DNA of 64,000 bases from Candidatus Latescibacterota bacterium (GCA_965242865.1 CBDETK010000013.1:32001-96000); one strand, 5' to 3'. Positions 48,771 to 59,900 are shown, numbered from the stretch's first letter. Made by a program: numbers and translations. Notes: generated by a model not told the origin, from the sequence alone.

Positions 48771-49718
48771 TTATATTTCCTCCGGTTCCATGAGATTGAC
48801 ATCATTGTCATACGGCCATTCAAGCGATTTAAGCCTTTCGTCTTTCTCTTTTTTCAAGTAACTAAGAAAAAGCTCTAGTGCCTTGTAGTGATCTCCATCA
48901 ATGTTACGGTATTCCGACAAATCAACTGACACTATATTGCGTCGTTCAAGACATTTTTTCTTTAAGCCTGACAATCCGAGTAGGCCGATGAGGTATATTT
49001 TGGGAGAATTATCTCTACCGAGATTATCATGTCTCCATCCGATCCACTCCAAAAAATTGGGATCATCGCCAGAAAATCCAATCAGGCAGAACGTGTTTTC
49101 GAGAAGCGATTGACGAACAGTATTTACGAAAGGAGAAAAGTCGTCATGATAGCATCTATAATCTTCCTCAGTGATTACGTATTCTTCCCCATTGATTGTA
49201 GAAGGTCGTTCTGAGGGAAAACTACCGTGGAGTTTAATGATTCGTGGTTTTTCAGAATAAACCAAGTCTTCTTTATTGACGACTACGTCATACCTCCGTG
49301 AGCTAACAGACCTACATGCTCTCTCCAGTAGAGTATCGTAGTTTGTCGTGAATACGTCCACCCACGGGAGATCAAGTAAATCTACGTGTAGCTGTGATGG
49401 TTCGTAGGCAGAGTCCGGAATGGCATCGCGTAATATCTGATTTAAAGCGGGTCGGCCAAAGGCAGCCTCGACCTCATCTGCCAGTTTAGGCACATTGCCA
49501 GCAGAGTCGGGTTTTTTGTCATTAAGTTTCTCATGGAACCGATCTCCTAGTTCGGACAAATCAGGGAAGCTTGGCCCTGAGTCACCTTTTGGCATAGCAT
49601 TTTTGCTGAAGCCTGCTCCAACCATGACGGTGGCATGGCCGGAATACAGGCGTTCCTCGATCTCGTCTAGATACGGACGGAGTCTACAGGGAACAGGTGG
49701 TGTTTCTGTTTCACTCAT
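48771..49718 (-). CDS. SIR2 (NADase) domain, N-terminal part of a Dsr2-like protein
   Basis: VMVGAGFSKNA, FTTNYDTLLE, IIKLHGS, LIGFSGDDPNF. Confidence 0.85.
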   Translation of the reverse strand: MSETETPPVPCRLRPYLDEIEERLYSGHATVMVGAGFSKNAMPKGDSGPSFPDLSELGDRFHEKLNDKKPDSAGNVPKLADEVEAAFGRPALNQILRDAIPDSAYEPSQLHVDLLDLPWVDVFTTNYDTLLERACRSVSSRRYDVVVNKEDLVYSEKPRIIKLHGSFPSERPSTINGEEYVITEEDYRCYHDDFSPFVNTVRQSLLENTFCLIGFSGDDPNFLEWIGWRHDNLGRDNSPKIYLIGLLGLSGLKKKCLERRNIVSVDLSEYRNIDGDHYKALELFLSYLKKEKDERLKSLEWPYDNDVNLMEPEEI

Positions 49719-49745
49719 GCTGTTGTTTCTTTCAAGTCGCGTCCG

Positions 49746-52559
49746 TCACAGACGCGAGTTTCTTGAATGCTTCTTCACCGTCCGCCGCTTCTTCCGCTTC
49801 CCCGCCACTTTCGCCGCCAGCGGCACTTGCAACTGCTCGTACAGCGCAAAGAGATGCTCCACGCGCTCTCGTTCCGAGGCAAAGCGGGCGCGGCGATAGA
49901 GGCTATCTATGGCGCGGTCGAGGGCTGAGTGTGCGCGGCGCAAATCGGGCGGCATTGCGTCTGGGTCGTAGAGATCGGCGAGGGTGGCGTTTGGATGGTT
50001 GGCGCGGGCGGCGAGCACTGCGTCGGCGTGCGGCACGAGGCGTTGTAAGCCTTTCTCGGAGACAGGGGGGAGCGGAAAGGTGTTATAGACGACGCCGACG
50101 GAATACATATAACGGCTTTCCAATCGCCCTGTAACCGTCCACACCCAAGCCATGTGCATAGCGGAGGTGAGCAGGGCGAAATCACAGAGGGTCGCTTCTG
50201 GAAGAATACGTAGCTTCTGGTTTGCAATGACATCAGTGCCGAGCCAGCCGATAGGGATATAGGTACGACGTTCTGAACTCGTATTGGGAATGACCAAATA
50301 ATCTGCGTTCAGCCGCTCATCAACACCGACCAGAGTAGGATAGTCAGCCATTTTCTGCGTACTCACACGCTTACTCGCTGCTCGGTACTCGCGAACTTCC
50401 GCAATCTTCTCGGCGACCATCGGCAGGTGTCTCAGCTCTGTTGGGGTAGCTTCTCGCAGGTAAAGGATCCAGCGATAAAAGCCGTTAATGAACTCATCAC
50501 CGCCGATATAGCGATAGAAAAATTTGGATGCCATTGGTTCAGACGCGAGAAATGCTTCTTTTTCCTCCTCACTGAAGGTCAGAATCCCATTGTCGATCAT
50601 TTGAACGCCGGTCTTTAGCCGCCGAAATCCGTTGATCGGTCGGTGTTCCGATTTTACTACAATGTGCGGATTGGCCAGCCCGCTGCCATCAAACAGGTAC
50701 GGCGTGATCGCCGCGAGGTTGGTTTCCTCTGGCTCGCCGTGGATGTCGGGATAGGCAAACAGCCGCTTTTCCCGGGGCGTCGCTTCCCGGTTGTCCAGCC
50801 CAATAATCACCACGTGAACGTGCGCCTTGCCCCGCGCATCCGAACCCCAAGCAAACGTGCGGTGAGCAAAGGCAATGTCGAGGCGGCAGCGGTTGAACAA
50901 AATTGGCCAAAGCTGCGCCACCTGCTCGCCTTGCGTAATGGAATTAGTCGCCACGAACCCAATGCGCGGATGGCCTTGCTGCGCGTACTCGCCAGCGCGT
51001 ATAAACCAAGCCGCCACGTAATCAAGGGTGCCGCGGCTGCTGCCCAGCGCGGCGATCTGTTGTACCTGCTTCCGCTGATTGGGCGACTGAAACTTCGCAC
51101 CCACAAACGGCGGATTGCCGAATAGATAGGAGCATTCGGCCGGCGGCAGCAGCTCGGCCCAGTCCATGGCTAGCGCGTCCGCATTGCAGATGTGCGGCGA
51201 CTGCTCAATGGGGATGCGTGCGTAAGTCTGGCCGAACTCTAGGCTCAGCCGGTTGTTCATAATGTGGTCCATCATCCACAGCGCGGTCTCGGCGATACGC
51301 GCGGGAAACTCGCTAATCTCAATGCCATAGAACTGATCGACATTGACTACGGAAAGCAGTTCGGCGAAGGCAGAAAGCTGGCCGGATGGGTGCAACTGGC
51401 GCAAGACCTCAATCTCGAGCTGGCGCAGCTCGCGGTACGCGATGATGAGGAAGTTTCCGCAGCCGCACGCCGGATCGAGAAACCGCAACTGCCCTAGCTT
51501 TTGCTGAAAAGCGTACAGATCGGGGATGCGGCGGTTGTCGCGTCGGGTTTTCAGACGGGCGAGTTCGGCCCGCAGGTCGTCCAAAAACAGCGGCTCAATC
51601 ACCTTGCGAATGTTCTGCTCGGTGGTGTAGTGAGCACCCTGAGCGCGGCGCTCGGCGGGTTCCATCACCGATTGGAACAAAGCACCGAAGATGGCCGGAG
51701 AAATCGCGGTCCAGTCGAACAGGCAAGCATCGATCAGGCTCTGGCGCATTGCGGCGTCAAAGTCGGGGATGTGTAGCGGCTTGGCGAACAACTCGCCGTT
51801 GATATACGGGAAGCGCGCCAAGTCCTCGTCTAACGTGGTCTGCCGCCGATCTTCGGGCGTGTTCAAGACTTGAAACAACCGCGCCAGATAGGGGCCGAGG
51901 TCGCTGCCGTCGGCCGAGGTGCGCTCCTCAATGAACTGCAAGAAAATGTCGCGCGGCTCAAAGATGCCGGTGTCGTCGGCAAACAAGCAAAACACCGTGC
52001 GGACGAGGAAAAGCTCCAAGTCGTGGCCAGCGTAGCCAGACTCGGCGAGGGCGTCGTGCAGGCGTGCCATGCGCTCGGACGCCTCGATGTTGACCGGGTC
52101 TTGGTCGCGGAAGGTGCGCCGCTGCACCCCGATGATGAAGCCGAATTTTTCAACGTGTTGCGGCAAGTCGGCGAGGGCAAAGCGCGTCTTTTCGCGCTCG
52201 TCGCGGTCGAGCAGTTCAAAGGTCTGAAAGTCGCAGAGCAGTTGGTAGCGGGGGCGGTCGCGCTCGGACAGCGCGTCGAAATAGGCACCGGCCTGTTCGT
52301 GCGCCGCGGTCAGGTCGCGGCCGGCACTCTTTTGCTCAACCAGCAACACGCCCGGCCAGAACAGGTCGATGAAGCCGTGCGAGTGGTCCAAGCGGCGGAC
52401 GTGCTCCTCATAGCGCGCCACTGTGCGGCGGCGGACGCCGAAGATCGCAAAGAACTCGTTGTAGAAGCTCTGCGCTTCGCCGCGCTCGTAGGTCGCGTCG
52501 GCCCACTCTGCCGCGAATCGGGCGGCGCGGGCGCGGATTTCATTCCACGAAAGGCGCAT
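49746..52559 (-). CDS. MmeI/YeeA-like type IIL restriction-modification fusion (N6-adenine methyltransferase)
   Basis: IDLFWPGVLLVEQKS nuclease motif, GAHYTT, FLDPACGCGNFL, GNPPF, and a C-terminal TRD 'LADLYDP..MPPDLRRAH..LD'. Confidence 0.9.
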   Translation of the reverse strand: MRLSWNEIRARAARFAAEWADATYERGEAQSFYNEFFAIFGVRRRTVARYEEHVRRLDHSHGFIDLFWPGVLLVEQKSAGRDLTAAHEQAGAYFDALSERDRPRYQLLCDFQTFELLDRDEREKTRFALADLPQHVEKFGFIIGVQRRTFRDQDPVNIEASERMARLHDALAESGYAGHDLELFLVRTVFCLFADDTGIFEPRDIFLQFIEERTSADGSDLGPYLARLFQVLNTPEDRRQTTLDEDLARFPYINGELFAKPLHIPDFDAAMRQSLIDACLFDWTAISPAIFGALFQSVMEPAERRAQGAHYTTEQNIRKVIEPLFLDDLRAELARLKTRRDNRRIPDLYAFQQKLGQLRFLDPACGCGNFLIIAYRELRQLEIEVLRQLHPSGQLSAFAELLSVVNVDQFYGIEISEFPARIAETALWMMDHIMNNRLSLEFGQTYARIPIEQSPHICNADALAMDWAELLPPAECSYLFGNPPFVGAKFQSPNQRKQVQQIAALGSSRGTLDYVAAWFIRAGEYAQQGHPRIGFVATNSITQGEQVAQLWPILFNRCRLDIAFAHRTFAWGSDARGKAHVHVVIIGLDNREATPREKRLFAYPDIHGEPEETNLAAITPYLFDGSGLANPHIVVKSEHRPINGFRRLKTGVQMIDNGILTFSEEEKEAFLASEPMASKFFYRYIGGDEFINGFYRWILYLREATPTELRHLPMVAEKIAEVREYRAASKRVSTQKMADYPTLVGVDERLNADYLVIPNTSSERRTYIPIGWLGTDVIANQKLRILPEATLCDFALLTSAMHMAWVWTVTGRLESRYMYSVGVVYNTFPLPPVSEKGLQRLVPHADAVLAARANHPNATLADLYDPDAMPPDLRRAHSALDRAIDSLYRRARFASERERVEHLFALYEQLQVPLAAKVAGKRKKRRTVKKHSRNSRL

Positions 52560-52561
52560 GG

Positions 52562-52802
52562 TGCTCCGCTAGTGTGCTATTTCGTTTCCGCATTTTGTCG
52601 CCGAATGGGATATTGCGGGAAGCGGTTGCTCCACGACGCGATGTTGAATACGCCACAACTCCGAACCGGCGGGCAGGGCCAAGGACGCGCCCGCGGTCCC
52701 AATAAAGGTAGCTTCCGCTTCAGAGTTGACATCGTCGAACTTGCGTACATTGATCGCGTCGCCGATGGTAATTTGCAGGTCTCCTTCTTCGAGAACGGTC
52801 AT
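52562..52802 (-). pseudogene. Internally deleted partner gene of the AAA ATPase
   Basis: N-terminus MTVLEEGDLQITIGDAINVRKFDD; a different frame continues LKRKLPLLGPRARPWPCPPVRSCGVFNIASWSNRFPQYPIRR. The middle appears to be missing. Confidence 0.55.
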
Positions 52803-53881
52803 TATAGGTCGCGCTCAATTTCCCGGTCATAGAGGTCGGTGAAGGTATCTGCAATCGCATTGGGATGAATGTCGAGATAGTTGCCCGTCGTGCGACAGGC
52901 TATCTCGCCCACCTCGTCAAAGTAAAGTGAATGGAAGGCTACCACATCCTCGTCTCGCGTCCGGAGGTCAATCTCCTTGAGAATGACGTAATCGTGGGTC
53001 GCGAGGAATACCTGAACACCAGCGCGTTGCAGTTGCAGCAGGACATCAATTAGCGCACCTAACAGCTTAGGGTTCAGGTTGGTCTCAGGCTCATCCCAAA
53101 ACAGCACCGAACCGTTCTGCAAAGTGCCGTTTTGTATTAAAAGCCACAACAGTCCCAGCTTACGCAGGCCCTCGGCAAGCAGGGTGAACTCCAAGGTTCC
53201 TTTTTTGTTCTTTAGAAAAAATTCCTCACTCTTGATCGTCACTTTTCCATCGATCTCTTTTTGCAGACGAGCGAGCAAACCTCTGTGCAGAGCATCCGAC
53301 TTGTCGCGCAGTAACGGGATGTAAGCCCGGTCTAGAATATCCGCATAAACTTCCTCAAAGTGAATTTCGCGTTCCGAGTAAAGCGAGCGAAAGCCAGGTG
53401 CATTAGAGAGCATCTCCTTCACCGGAATATAGGTGCTTTTCAATGAAGAATCCTTCCAAGAATCAGCACCACTTACAGAAACGTAGGCGGAATTTGGTGA
53501 CTTAATGCGATTGGAGAAACGAACTCCCAATCGTCGGTCGCCGCGATACACGTCCACGGATGCGACCGGACCGCTAGCTAATTTTTCAAGTAGGCCATGG
53601 ATTTCCTTGAATTCCTTGCCTTCTCTCGCTCTCTTGGTACTTCCTAGCTGCCGTTTGACGAGGCGCCCTAGGCCGCGGCCTGACGGAAGTAGCACCCGCA
53701 TCAACTTCTCGGCGAAGTGGACATCCGCTTTAGAAGAGTCACACGCCGCATAGAGGACCTTCATTAAATGGGTCTTGCCTGTGCCGTTTGCGCCGACTAA
53801 AACGTTGATGCCGGGGCAAAGCTCCAATTCCAAGTTCGAGAACGCAGTAAAGCGTCGCAATTGTACTCTCGTCAGAGTCAT
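52802..53881 (-). CDS. AAA_21/AbiEii-like ATPase (defence-associated)
   Basis: GANGTGKT, LAEGLRK, LFWDEPETNLNP, FLATHDY. Confidence 0.85.
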   Translation of the reverse strand: MTLTRVQLRRFTAFSNLELELCPGINVLVGANGTGKTHLMKVLYAACDSSKADVHFAEKLMRVLLPSGRGLGRLVKRQLGSTKRAREGKEFKEIHGLLEKLASGPVASVDVYRGDRRLGVRFSNRIKSPNSAYVSVSGADSWKDSSLKSTYIPVKEMLSNAPGFRSLYSEREIHFEEVYADILDRAYIPLLRDKSDALHRGLLARLQKEIDGKVTIKSEEFFLKNKKGTLEFTLLAEGLRKLGLLWLLIQNGTLQNGSVLFWDEPETNLNPKLLGALIDVLLQLQRAGVQVFLATHDYVILKEIDLRTRDEDVVAFHSLYFDEVGEIACRTTGNYLDIHPNAIADTFTDLYDREIERDL

Positions 53882-53967
53882 AACATCCTCACTCGGCTAC
53901 AGTTCCCTATGGTCTTAGAGGTTGATCCGCGCACTGTGAGTCCCATTTTGATTGTACGCCAGAGCAC

Positions 53968-54702
53968 CTACTGAAACACCTGCGTCGTCGGCTTGATGAC
54001 CAAGAGGGGGACGCAGGCGCGGGCCGGTAGCGAGGCCACGAAGAGCGCGGCTTGAGCCAACTCTTCCGGTTGCAGCATGGCGGCTCGGCGTTGGGCACTG
54101 ACGGGTTCGGGCCGCTGGGCCAAAATCGGCGTCTCCACCTCGCCGGGGCAAATCGCGCAGGCGCGGATGCCGGACGCGACTTCTTCCTCGTTGATCGAGT
54201 TCATCAGCGCCACCACTCCGTGCTTGGAAGCCGAGTACGCGGCCCCGGCCAGCTTGCTCGCCCGCAGCCCGGCAATGGACGAAATCGCGAGGATGAGGCC
54301 GTCGTTTTGTTGCCGCATCCCCGGCAACACCGCCCGCACCATGTTGAACACCCCAGTGAGATTGATGGCAAGGGTCTGGTCCCAGGCCTCGGGCGCCACT
54401 TGGCCGACCGACCGCGGATTGGTGTTGATGCCGGCGTTGTTGACGAGCACATCGACGGCCCCCCACTCGGCTGCGACCACAGCCGCTAGGGCTTCAACCG
54501 CGCCGCGATCGGATACGTCGCAGGGGTGGAGCAAGACCCGCTCGGCATCGAGGCCAGCCGCCGCGGCTGCGAGCGGTTCGGACCGGCGGCCGACAAACGC
54601 CACTCGCGCACCAGCCTCGGCAAAACCGCGCGCGATGGCCGCGCCGATCCCTGTGCCCGCGCCGGTGACTACAACCACTTTATCGACGAGTTGCCGCATC
54701 AT
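53968..54702 (-). CDS. Short-chain dehydrogenase/reductase
   Basis: [20 protein letters not shown] at 54702 overlaps the upstream stop. Confidence 0.92.
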   Translation of the reverse strand: MMRQLVDKVVVVTGAGTGIGAAIARGFAEAGARVAFVGRRSEPLAAAAAGLDAERVLLHPCDVSDRGAVEALAAVVAAEWGAVDVLVNNAGINTNPRSVGQVAPEAWDQTLAINLTGVFNMVRAVLPGMRQQNDGLILAISSIAGLRASKLAGAAYSASKHGVVALMNSINEEEVASGIRACAICPGEVETPILAQRPEPVSAQRRAAMLQPEELAQAALFVASLPARACVPLLVIKPTTQVFQ

Positions 54703-56159
54703 TCGGCTCCCTTTTTGAGTGCCCGCAAGCGCGAGGCTTCCTCGCGTTGCTTGTAAAACGAGTCGAGGGGGAAGCAACCCGAAACCATGCCGTTGCGCGG
54801 CGCGGTCGTGCAATCGGAAAACGTGCGGCAGAGGACGCGGCGTTGCAACCGGCCGGTTTGCAGCACGTCGCAGGGCAGGTCGGGATAGGACAACACCATC
54901 CGCCCCAAGCCGATAAAATCCACCATGCCCGCCCGCACCAGGGCTTGCCCCACGTGCGGCAGATATTCTTGCAAGTAGGAATAACCCGACCCGACGAATA
55001 GGCTGCGCGGGAAGCGCGCCTTGAGCCGGGCGACCATGGCCACTTGCCGCGCCACCCCGCACAGCGGGTCTTCCGGCGGCAAATACCCATCGGAAGGGGG
55101 AAAGAGCGCCGGCCGCTGGATGTGCGGATTGTAATACGGGCTGCCGCAGGACAGGTTGAACAGGTCAACCCCCAAACTCTCCAGCAAGGCGATAAACTGC
55201 TCGGTCTCGCCTAAGTCCATACACCGCGGATCGTCCCGATCGACGCCAAAGCCGTACTCGTAGGGCAGGTAGCTTTGGTACGGCTCGGGCACCCCGCGCC
55301 GGTTGCCCTCAGTTGAATCGGGCCGGAAGGGCACCAAGTCGAAGGCACTTAGCCGCACCCCAATGCCGAGGCCGGGGGCGCGGCTGCGGATCCCCTCGAT
55401 GATGGAGCGGATAAAGCGCGTGCGATTTGCAAAGGAGCCGCCAAAGGGACCGGGCCGCGTAAACGCGCTGAGAAATTCGTGCCCTAGATAGCCGTGGCAA
55501 TGCTTGATGTCCACAAAGTGGTACCCCAGTTCGTGGGCGATTTGCGCGCTGGCCACGTAGCGGTCGATCAGCTCCTCAATGTAAGCGTCGGTCAGGAGCG
55601 GATGGTCCGCGTCGAGGCCAAATTTGCGATCCAAGATGGGGTGGTGGTAGAGGATGGCCGGTGCGGCTTGGTCCTTGCGATAGGGTCGGCAAAACCGCCC
55701 CGAATGCGTCAGTTGCAGGCCGAGCAGCAGGTCGTCGGTGGTGCCGAATCGCGCGCGGTGCGCCGACAGGAGAATGGCGCGCAACTCGGCCATGCCAGCG
55801 CGGTTTTCCTCGCGGGCCATGAGCTGGTTTGGGTTGGCGCGGCCTTCGGGCACCACGGCAAAGGCTTCGCCGCCCCAGATGAGCTTGGCCCCGCTGCGCC
55901 CAAAATTCCGCCAGCGGCGGCGCGTCAAATCGCTCGGCTGGCCATCTTGCGTTCCATCCCATCCTTCCATCGGCTGGATGGCAAAGCGGTTGCCGATGGG
56001 GATGTCGCGGCAGCGGGCCGGTTGGGCCAGCGGGGACGTGGGAGCGGGTTCGATTTGGTCGTCGCAGGGCAACGGCGCGTCCAACCGGGCCAGATGCGCC
56101 CGAAAGTCCGCAGCCTGCTTAAAGCTGGAGATGCGCGGATAGCGCGTCGGGGTCGTCAA
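54699..56159 (-). CDS. NADH:flavin oxidoreductase (Old Yellow Enzyme family)
   Basis: [48 protein letters not shown] start overlaps the lgt stop. Confidence 0.9.
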   Translation of the reverse strand: MTTPTRYPRISSFKQAADFRAHLARLDAPLPCDDQIEPAPTSPLAQPARCRDIPIGNRFAIQPMEGWDGTQDGQPSDLTRRRWRNFGRSGAKLIWGGEAFAVVPEGRANPNQLMAREENRAGMAELRAILLSAHRARFGTTDDLLLGLQLTHSGRFCRPYRKDQAAPAILYHHPILDRKFGLDADHPLLTDAYIEELIDRYVASAQIAHELGYHFVDIKHCHGYLGHEFLSAFTRPGPFGGSFANRTRFIRSIIEGIRSRAPGLGIGVRLSAFDLVPFRPDSTEGNRRGVPEPYQSYLPYEYGFGVDRDDPRCMDLGETEQFIALLESLGVDLFNLSCGSPYYNPHIQRPALFPPSDGYLPPEDPLCGVARQVAMVARLKARFPRSLFVGSGYSYLQEYLPHVGQALVRAGMVDFIGLGRMVLSYPDLPCDVLQTGRLQRRVLCRTFSDCTTAPRNGMVSGCFPLDSFYKQREEASRLRALKKGAE

Positions 56160-56908
56160 GACGCCTCCCGGCGGTGCAGATACAGCAGCAACCCCACGCC
56201 CAAGGCCATCATGGCGATGCTGAGGAGCTGGGCTTGGCTCAGGCCCCACAACACCCGCGGATTGACCCGAATGAACTCTACCGCAAACCGCGCCAGCCCG
56301 GCGAGGATGAGATAGAAGCTGAACGACAGCCCCGCGACCGCAAAGCGGGAACGCATTTTCCACAAGAAGGCCGCAATCCCCAAGTGCGAGAGGGTTTCGT
56401 ACACGGGCGCGGGATGGACCTTTTCAAGGGTGGGCACCACCCCATTGGGATAGGCCATGCCCCAAGGGAGATCGGTCGGCACCCCGTAGTCGCCATCGCC
56501 GGCGAGCTGGCAGCCGATCCGCCCGATCCCATAGCCCACGGCCAGCGCGATGCCCACGGAGTCGGCGACTGGCCCCAGCGGCGCGCTGTGGCGGCGAATT
56601 TGCCACAGGACGCCGGCCGCGGCCACCACGAACCCCCCGTACCAAGTCAGGCCGTAGCCGGAAAACAGCACGTCAAAGAACTCGGCCCAACTCTCAGACG
56701 AGGTTTCAAACAACACAAAGTAGAGCTTGGCCCCGACTAGCCCGCCGATCATGCAGGTGGTGACGATCGTCGAGCCCAGCTCCTCGTGCAGCCCTTGGCG
56801 CTTGAACTCGCGGTTGAGCACGTGCAGGGCCGCTAGGAACCCGAGGGCGACCATAAGGCCAAACGTGCCAACGCTAATGGGGCCGATCTCAAATAGGTAG
56901 GGGTACAT
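56156..56908 (-). CDS. lgt: Prolipoprotein diacylglyceryl transferase
   Basis: [54 protein letters not shown]. Confidence 0.92.
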   Translation of the reverse strand: MYPYLFEIGPISVGTFGLMVALGFLAALHVLNREFKRQGLHEELGSTIVTTCMIGGLVGAKLYFVLFETSSESWAEFFDVLFSGYGLTWYGGFVVAAAGVLWQIRRHSAPLGPVADSVGIALAVGYGIGRIGCQLAGDGDYGVPTDLPWGMAYPNGVVPTLEKVHPAPVYETLSHLGIAAFLWKMRSRFAVAGLSFSFYLILAGLARFAVEFIRVNPRVLWGLSQAQLLSIAMMALGVGLLLYLHRREAS

Positions 56909-56910
56909 AA

Positions 56911-59900
56911 TCAGATATTCTTGCGGCCCAGCGCTTCGATCTGCCGCTTGAGTGCGGCCGCGATCTCGTAGTACATCTCGTAGGGACTCAACGGCTCGAC
57001 GCATCCCTTAAAAGCGCTCGTTTCGAGGGGGGGGCCAAAGAGCAAGCGCAAGGGGTGGCGCACGGGTTTGCGCGTCCCCTTGGGCAGGGCCTCGCCAGTG
57101 CCGGCAATGTGCAGGGGCACCACGGGCGCGTCGAGTTCGTACGCCAAAAGCCCCACGCCGGCCTTAAATGACTGCAACTGACCGTTGACCGAGCGCGTGC
57201 CTTCGGGAAAGATCAACAGGGGGCGGCGCACGCCCACCAATTGCCGCGCCCGCACCAAGCCAGCCGCAAAATCGCCGCGCCCGTCAAAGGGAACCGCGTT
57301 GGCAAAAGTAGATAAAAACAAGCGCACCTCGGAGTCCGCGAGGGAATGCTCGCTGGTTGCGATGTTGAGGTGCTCCACGCGGGAGCGCACGGCCGCGTAC
57401 ACGCACGCGCCGTCGAGGTGGCTGGCGTGGTTGGCGGCAATCAGGTAGGGCCGGTCTTGCGGCAGGTGCTCTAGCCCGCCGGCCCGGAAATCGAAAAAGC
57501 GGCGGAACAAGGGGCCGCCGGTCTCCCACAGGATTTCTTGCAGCATCTTTTTACCGGCCTCGCTCTCGGGCTCGACGCTCGGCTCGGCGCGCAAGACCCC
57601 CGACCAGTACGCAGGCGACGGCTCAACCGCCCAATCCACCCCGTCGCGCAAGTGCGCCTCCAGCCGCGCCAAGACCCTGCGGAGCGTATCCTGTGGACGC
57701 AAAAGACCATCAACTGGGGTCCCCAGCCGCTGGCCGAGCCACGCGGCCAATTCCACCGCCATCAGGGAATCCAACAAGGTGTCGAGGGGCGCGTCGATGT
57801 GCGCGGCGACCTCGCCCGTGCTCAGGCCCGCGAGGAGGCCGATTTGCCGCTGAACCGCCCGCTCCCATTCCGGCAGGCCCGGGCCCGGACAATCGGCGCA
57901 CTCAATGGCGGCCAACAGGGCTTGGCGGTCCACGGCGCCGTCGTCGAGCCGCGGCAGGGGTCGGGTCCAAAAGTGTAGGCACTGGATCCGGTGATGGCTG
58001 GGCACGGTGCGCGCAATCTCGTATGAGCGCGCTTGGATGGCCGGGCGCAAATCCTCGACCGCCTCGGCGTCGCGGTCGAGCACGGCTACGCCGTGCAGTT
58101 CTTCGCCGCCGGTGCGCGCCGACGGCACCCCGACCACGCACAGCTCGGTCACGTGCGGCAAGCCCCGGTAGAGGGCTTCGACTTCGTGCGGATAGACGTT
58201 GTGGCCGGCCCCGTTGACGATCAGGGCTTTGCTCCGCCCCTCGACGAAGAGATAGCCGTCGTCGTCGAGGTGGCCCAGATCGCCGGTGTGGAGCCACCCG
58301 TCGCGCAACACCGCTTGGGTCAGATCATCTTGGGAAAAATACCCCTCCATGACGTTGGGGCCGCGCACCAACACCTCGCCGACGCCGCGCTCGTCCGGGG
58401 CGGCGATCTGCACTTGCTGCCCGGGCAACACCGGCCCCACGGACCGGGCTTTGCCCTGCTTGGGGGTGTTGACCGCCACGACCGAGGCCGCTTCGCTCAG
58501 GCCATAGCCCGGGCAAATCGCCACCCCGAGCCGCTCATAAGCGGCGATGAGGTCGTCGGATAGGGGCGCACCCACGCTGACGACCCGCCGCAGCGCGGCC
58601 AGCCCGGGCGTGGCCTCGGCCCCGAGCCGCTCGACGCGCTCGACCAAGACGCGCAACAGGCGCGGCGCGGTCAGCAGCACGGTCGCACCCGTATCGCGCA
58701 GGGCGCGGAGCATCTCGCGGCTGTTGACGGCCTCTAAATACGTGATGGTGGCCCCCCCGAGCAGCGGCAGGAGCAAGCCGCCGGTAAATTCGAGGGCTTG
58801 GTGCAGGGGCAAGGTCGAGAGTATGCGGTCGGACTCGTAGATGCGCAGGACCTCGCCTTGGGCGAGGACATTGGAGATGAGGTTGCGATGGCTCAACACC
58901 ACCCCGCGTGGCTCAACGACCGAGGTAAAGAGGATCGAGGCCGGGGCCGCGGGATCGACCTTGGGCAGCTTCCCCCGGCCTTCGCCTGCGGCCGGCTCGG
59001 GAGCGCACCCGAACGGCAACCCATTGCAATCTACGTTGAAAAAGGCCATTTCCCGGTGGGCGGCCACGCCCTCGGGCGAGAGCTGGGAAAAGCGTTTTTC
59101 CGTTGCGATCAGTGCCCTCGCTTGGACAAAGTCGCCCAGCCGCCAGATGTCTTGCTCGCGCGTCTGCGGGCCGATGGGCACCACCGCTAGGCCGAGCAGG
59201 CTGGCCGCCATATAGGCGACGACCCACTCCGGCCCGTTGTCGCCGCACAGCAGGACCCGCTCCCCGGCCGACACCCCCTGCGTACGCCAACTGCGCGCCA
59301 CGCGCTCGGCGCGGGCGAGCAACTCGTCGTAGCTGACCCGCGTCCAGCCGGACCGGCGCTCGATTTGCAGGGCCGTCCTAGCTGCGTAGCGACCGCAGGC
59401 CCAGCGCAACAGGTCCGGGATCGTGCGGATGCTTTCCTCGATGCGCCAGCGCTGCTCTTCGCCCCCTACTTCGCCCGGGGCCGCGCTCAACGGCTCTTGG
59501 TCGGCGGCCCCGCCCAGCTCGTGCCGCCGGAGGCCGGGCAGGTGGGTTTTCTGATAGTATTGATACCAGTCGATCCGCCGCACATCCATGTTGAAGAGCC
59601 GCTGCTCTTCTGGGGGCAGCGATTCGTACAGGGCCAACATGCGCTTGGTCTCATAGCGGCAATCGAGGGTCGTGTACGGGCTGAACAAGTCGGTGAAATA
59701 CTGAACGCGCTTGAGGCGCGTCTTGAGAGCGGCCAAGCGGCGCTTCTTCTGGGCCGACGCCCAGCGGTCGGGCAGGTACTCGTAGAGCTTTTGCCTTAGC
59801 TCCAGCGGATAGAGGTACTTCCAGTTAAAAACGCGCTGGAAGCGGGCCACCGGCGGGAAGGTCCAATCCGCGAGTTCGGGCCGCGAGCCGTCCTTGTTGA

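Noticed and set aside
40522-56297. Prophage or complete integrative element
   Set aside because: No integrase, transposase, structural or conjugation genes were recognised; only repeat scars are present.
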